Shown here piece by piece: positions 58,682-64,000 of a stretch of DNA of 64,000 bases. How positions within the stretch are numbered: the first letter of the stretch is position 1; the number at the start of each line of letters is the position of its first letter. This DNA comes from Minisyncoccota bacterium (GTDB lineage Bacteria > Patescibacteriota > Minisyncoccia > Phycocordibacterales > UBA1550). The position numbers and the translations under genes were made by a program. The notes under the pieces were generated by a model. That model searched no databases, was not told where the DNA came from, and saw nothing but the letters and a program-made list of their open reading frames with translations. The stretch covers positions 27,577-91,576 of the forward strand of contig JALNYL010000002.1 in assembly GCA_023229865.1 (NCBI GenBank), given 5' to 3'.

Positions 58682-58752
58682 AATCTAAGTAAATACAAAA
58701 AGAGGGGGCGGTCGCATAGCGACCGCCCCCTCTTTTTGTATTTACTTAGATT
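58682..58752. terminator. Bidirectional terminator with 34-bp arms
   Basis: Right arm overlaps the end of rpmB. Confidence 0.85.
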
Positions 58753-58952
58753 ACCTGAATCTTTGTGTGCTTTCCTACCTTCATGCACTTGGTGCAGATC
58801 TTGATACGTGAGCCATCAGCGAGAGGTGCCCACTGAAGATTAGGGTACTTACGCTTGTTTCCCGTAGGATTGAATTTTGTTGCGCGGACGCGATTTGAGT
58901 AGTGACCTACAATGATCGTACCCTTTCCGCAAGTTGGACAGACTTTTGCCAT
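58746..58952 (-). CDS. rpmB: 50S ribosomal protein L28
   Basis: MAKVCPTCGKG..., KRKYPNLQ, ICTKCMK. Confidence 0.9.
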   Translation of the reverse strand: MAKVCPTCGKGTIIVGHYSNRVRATKFNPTGNKRKYPNLQWAPLADGSRIKICTKCMKVGKHTKIQVI

Positions 58953-59000
58953 AAATGTATTTATTAACTAGTCGGCTTATGCTATCATATATTTTACATT

Positions 59001-59627
59001 ATGCAAGTCGAAACACTCTTTTTTCTCATAATCCTCATATTTTCTATTATTATCCACGAGATTGCTCACGGATATATGGCCGAATGGTTTGGGGATCCGA
59101 CGGCTCGTCTTGCGGGACGCCTCACGCTCAACCCAGTTCCCCACATTGATCCTTTAGGCTCGATAATCCTCCCAGCCCTCATGCTTCTTGGCTCGGGTGG
59201 CTCTTTTGCCTTTGGTTGGGCGAAACCAGTGCCCTACAACCCTTATAACTTAAGGAATTTTAAGTGGGGGACGATTTTTGTGGGAGTTGCGGGGGTTCTT
59301 GCGAATCTCCTCCTTGCCCTCATTTTTGGCTTGATGCTCCGCTACAACGTTGAGCTCGGAATCGAAGTGGGGCCATTTACGCAAATGCTTGGCACTATTG
59401 TGTATCTCAATATTGTCCTCGCGGTCTTTAATATGATTCCATTCCCGCCACTCGACGGAGCGAAGGTGCTTTTTACCCTTCTTCCTTATCGTTTTCAGAA
59501 AATCCACGATTACTTGGAAGCAAATTGGCTCATTTTCATTGTTTTTGTAGTATTTTTTGCCTCAACGATAATTTCCCCCATCTCAAGTCTACTTTTTAGA
59601 GTGATTACGGGAGTGGGTTTGTTCTAG
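59001..59627 (+). CDS. Site-2 protease (M50 family)
   Basis: HEIAHG, GDPTA..GRLTLNP, FNMIPFPPLDG. Confidence 0.94.
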   Translation: MQVETLFFLIILIFSIIIHEIAHGYMAEWFGDPTARLAGRLTLNPVPHIDPLGSIILPALMLLGSGGSFAFGWAKPVPYNPYNLRNFKWGTIFVGVAGVLANLLLALIFGLMLRYNVELGIEVGPFTQMLGTIVYLNIVLAVFNMIPFPPLDGAKVLFTLLPYRFQKIHDYLEANWLIFIVFVVFFASTIISPISSLLFRVITGVGLF

Positions 59628-59717
59628 AGTTTTTGCTTTTGACTTGCAATTTTTCCAGCGCCATAGTAGAGTAGTCAGCACATGAGCCGTCTGATAGGCG
59701 GTTCCTTAATTTAACAT

Positions 59718-60149
59718 ATGCCAACAGTAAATCAGCTCGTAAAGAACCCTCGCAAGACACTTCGCAAGAAGAGTCGTTCTATTGCGCTTGGAAAAAGCTT
59801 CAACAGCATTTTGAACAAGCCAGTTTTCCACAACTCACCATTTAAGCGTGGTGTTTGCACAAAGGTAACAACCACAACCCCAAAGAAGCCTAACTCAGCG
59901 CTTCGTAAGATTGCCCGCGTTCGCCTTACCAACGGTATGGAAGTAACCGCGTACATTCCAGGTATGGGTCACAAGCTCCAGGAACACTCAGTGGTTATGA
60001 TCCGTGGAGGTCGCGTAAAGGACCTTGGTGGAGTTCGTTACCACATCGTTCGTGGTGTCCTCGACGCAACACCAGTTGAAAAGCGTATGAAGGGACGCAG
60101 CCAGTACGGTGCAAAGCGCCCAAAGGCAGGAGCAGCAGCAAAGAAGTAA
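59718..60149 (+). CDS. rpsL: 30S ribosomal protein S12
   Basis: [19 protein letters not shown]. Confidence 0.99.
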   Translation: MPTVNQLVKNPRKTLRKKSRSIALGKSFNSILNKPVFHNSPFKRGVCTKVTTTTPKKPNSALRKIARVRLTNGMEVTAYIPGMGHKLQEHSVVMIRGGRVKDLGGVRYHIVRGVLDATPVEKRMKGRSQYGAKRPKAGAAAKK

Positions 60150-60407
60150 ATCTCAGGTAAAAGTAAAGAGCGGCCGCAAGGCCGCTCTTTACTTTTTGGG
60201 GCTTCTGAGGTAGTATCTCCTTACTCTTTAGTTTAGAGTATGCAGGCACTTACTGGAATAAACATTTTGTGGAGTACCCTTGCTTGCGGGAATAGCACAC
60301 AAAAGTAGTCACTAGAAGTTAGGTCTTAGTAAATAGAGAAAATTCGTTAAGCGGATTTTTCGGTATTAACTATTTGCTATCTACTATTGGCTAATAACTA
60401 ATTAAAC

Positions 60408-60878
60408 ATGCGAAGAAAAGTAAAAAATCGAAATATTCCTGGCGAGGACCTCGTGTACAAGTCAGAGAAAGTTTCAAAGCTCATCAACTATGTGATGGAG
60501 CGTGGAAAGAAGAACACCGCACGTACTATTGTGTACAGTGCTTTTGATATCCTTAAGGCAAAGAAGCCAGAGCTCGAACCACTTGAGGTTTTTGAACTCG
60601 CGCTCAAGAACACAGGTCCTCTTATGGAGATTCGTTCACGCCGTGTGGGTGGAGCAAACTATCAGGTGCCTCACGAGGTTCGCCCAGAGCGCCGCTTCGC
60701 ACTCTCAATGCGATGGGTTCTTGCTGCTGCAAAGGCAAAGAAGGGTCGCCCAATGCACGAGAAGCTCGCAGATGAGATTCTCGCAGCAAGTAACAACGAA
60801 GGCGAGGCAGTGAAGAAGAAGGACAACGTGCACAAGATGGCAGAGGCTAACAAGGCCTTCGCTCACTTCGCTTGGTAG
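60408..60878 (+). CDS. rpsG: 30S ribosomal protein S7
   Basis: SRRVGGANYQVP, MAEANKAFAHF. Confidence 0.99.
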   Translation: MRRKVKNRNIPGEDLVYKSEKVSKLINYVMERGKKNTARTIVYSAFDILKAKKPELEPLEVFELALKNTGPLMEIRSRRVGGANYQVPHEVRPERRFALSMRWVLAAAKAKKGRPMHEKLADEILAASNNEGEAVKKKDNVHKMAEANKAFAHFAW

Positions 60879-61073
60879 TCAGCTTTTAATTTTGACGCAT
60901 TGCTTTGTTGCCTGCGCATGCGAACTCACTCGTAGTACTGATGTACAACTCGCGAGTATCACACGCTAGGCGCCTCGCACTGTATTCAAAATAAAAAGCT
61001 TTGAATTTTTGTGTCGACAATTAATATTTGTCATTCAAACTTAAAAATTAATTAAAAGATAATACCTATTATT

Positions 61074-63218
<2,145 letters not shown>

Positions 63219-63231
63219 TCTCAATTTACAC

Positions 63232-63266
63232 AAAAAAACCGCCATCGAAAGATGGCGGTTTTTTTT
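63232..63266 (+). terminator. Intrinsic terminator after fusA
   Basis: aaaaaaaccgccatc-gaaa-gatggcggtttttttt. Confidence 0.88.
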
Positions 63267-63353
63267 GTTGGTTATCCACAGGAGTTTTGCTTCCTCGCTT
63301 TATTTTTTACCCACTGTGCTACAATAAGATTATTATATAATCAAAATACCGAT

Positions 63354-63728
63354 ATGACTGAACTAAACAAAAAATTGCTGATTGTTGAAGATGACGAGCA
63401 TGTAGCAAAGGTCTACGATGTAAAATTCTCTAAAGAAGGATATCAGACAGTTTTTGCTACCAACGGCGAAGACGCAATCGCAAAAATAACTACCGAAAAG
63501 CCCGACCTCATTATTCTCGACCTTATGATGCCCCTAAAGGATGGTTTTGGCGTTCTTGAAGAAATCAAGAAAAACCCAGACCTTGCAAGGATTCCTGTCA
63601 TTGTTCTCTCAAATCTTGGACAGCCGTCTGATCAAGAGCGAGCTCTCGCACTAGGAGCGAATGAATATTTGGTAAAAGTAAATTATTCAATGCAGGAAGT
63701 GGTAGACAAGGTAAAAAGTTATTTATAG
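63354..63728 (+). CDS. Single-domain response regulator
   Basis: LLIVEDD, IILDLMMPLKDG, IVLSNLGQ. Confidence 0.93.
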   Translation: MTELNKKLLIVEDDEHVAKVYDVKFSKEGYQTVFATNGEDAIAKITTEKPDLIILDLMMPLKDGFGVLEEIKKNPDLARIPVIVLSNLGQPSDQERALALGANEYLVKVNYSMQEVVDKVKSYL

Positions 63729-63751
63729 AGATATTATTAACAACAACGAAT

Positions 63752-64000
63752 ATGAAAATATTGGCATCAACTATTGAAAAATTATTCACACCGTACGTGC
63801 TTATTGCGCTTAACGTTGCAATAATTCTCCTTGCTGAATTTGCTGGTGGAGGCACATTTTTTGCGGCGACAGGACTCGCATATCTTATCGCCGTTCTTTT
63901 TGTTGGGCTCATTATTGTTCGTATTTTTTCGGACTACGCCTTTAGTGACTATATTCTTAAGGGGTTTTTAAAGATTCAGCTCACATTCCTCCTCTTTTTA
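63752..64000 (+). CDS. Membrane protein, truncated by the window end
   Basis: MKILASTIEKLFTPYVLIALNVAIILL...; open to the end, hydrophobic. Confidence 0.7.
   Translation, partial: MKILASTIEKLFTPYVLIALNVAIILLAEFAGGGTFFAATGLAYLIAVLFVGLIIVRIFSDYAFSDYILKGFLKIQLTFLLFL

Overview
Origin-proximal 64 kb of a small bacterial chromosome. It is most likely Patescibacteria/CPR (Parcubacteria-like); this is inferred from the gene content, the scarcity of metabolic genes, the Shine-Dalgarno-free housekeeping genes and the CPR-type T4SS-like locus. It contains yidC-yidD-rnpA-rpmH / dnaA-oriC-dnaN, rny, hup, rpsO, pcrA, rsmA, xth, a Xer recombinase, comM, tyrS, ruvC, rpmB, rpsL-rpsG-fusA and four tRNAs (Gly-TCC, Pro-TGG, Gly-GCC, Arg-TCG), none with an encoded CCA. 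The most notable observations are: (1) three tRNA genes each trail a ~190-250 bp structured element that contains an inverted copy and a distal direct copy of that tRNA's own 3' end, and the two Gly elements share a core; (2) about nine parS-like palindromes cluster at 6.7-11.5 kb, several inside coding sequence; (3) an ~17 kb origin-adjacent PrgI/VirB4/VirB6/pilin locus carries peptidoglycan-binding and peptidoglycan-cleaving proteins, with no relaxase or coupling protein in the window; (4) housekeeping genes are leaderless or lack an SD, whereas stand-alone ORFans have strong SDs; (5) several terminator hairpins have arms that copy the ends of the flanking genes. All assignments come from motif recognition by eye, with no database searches.
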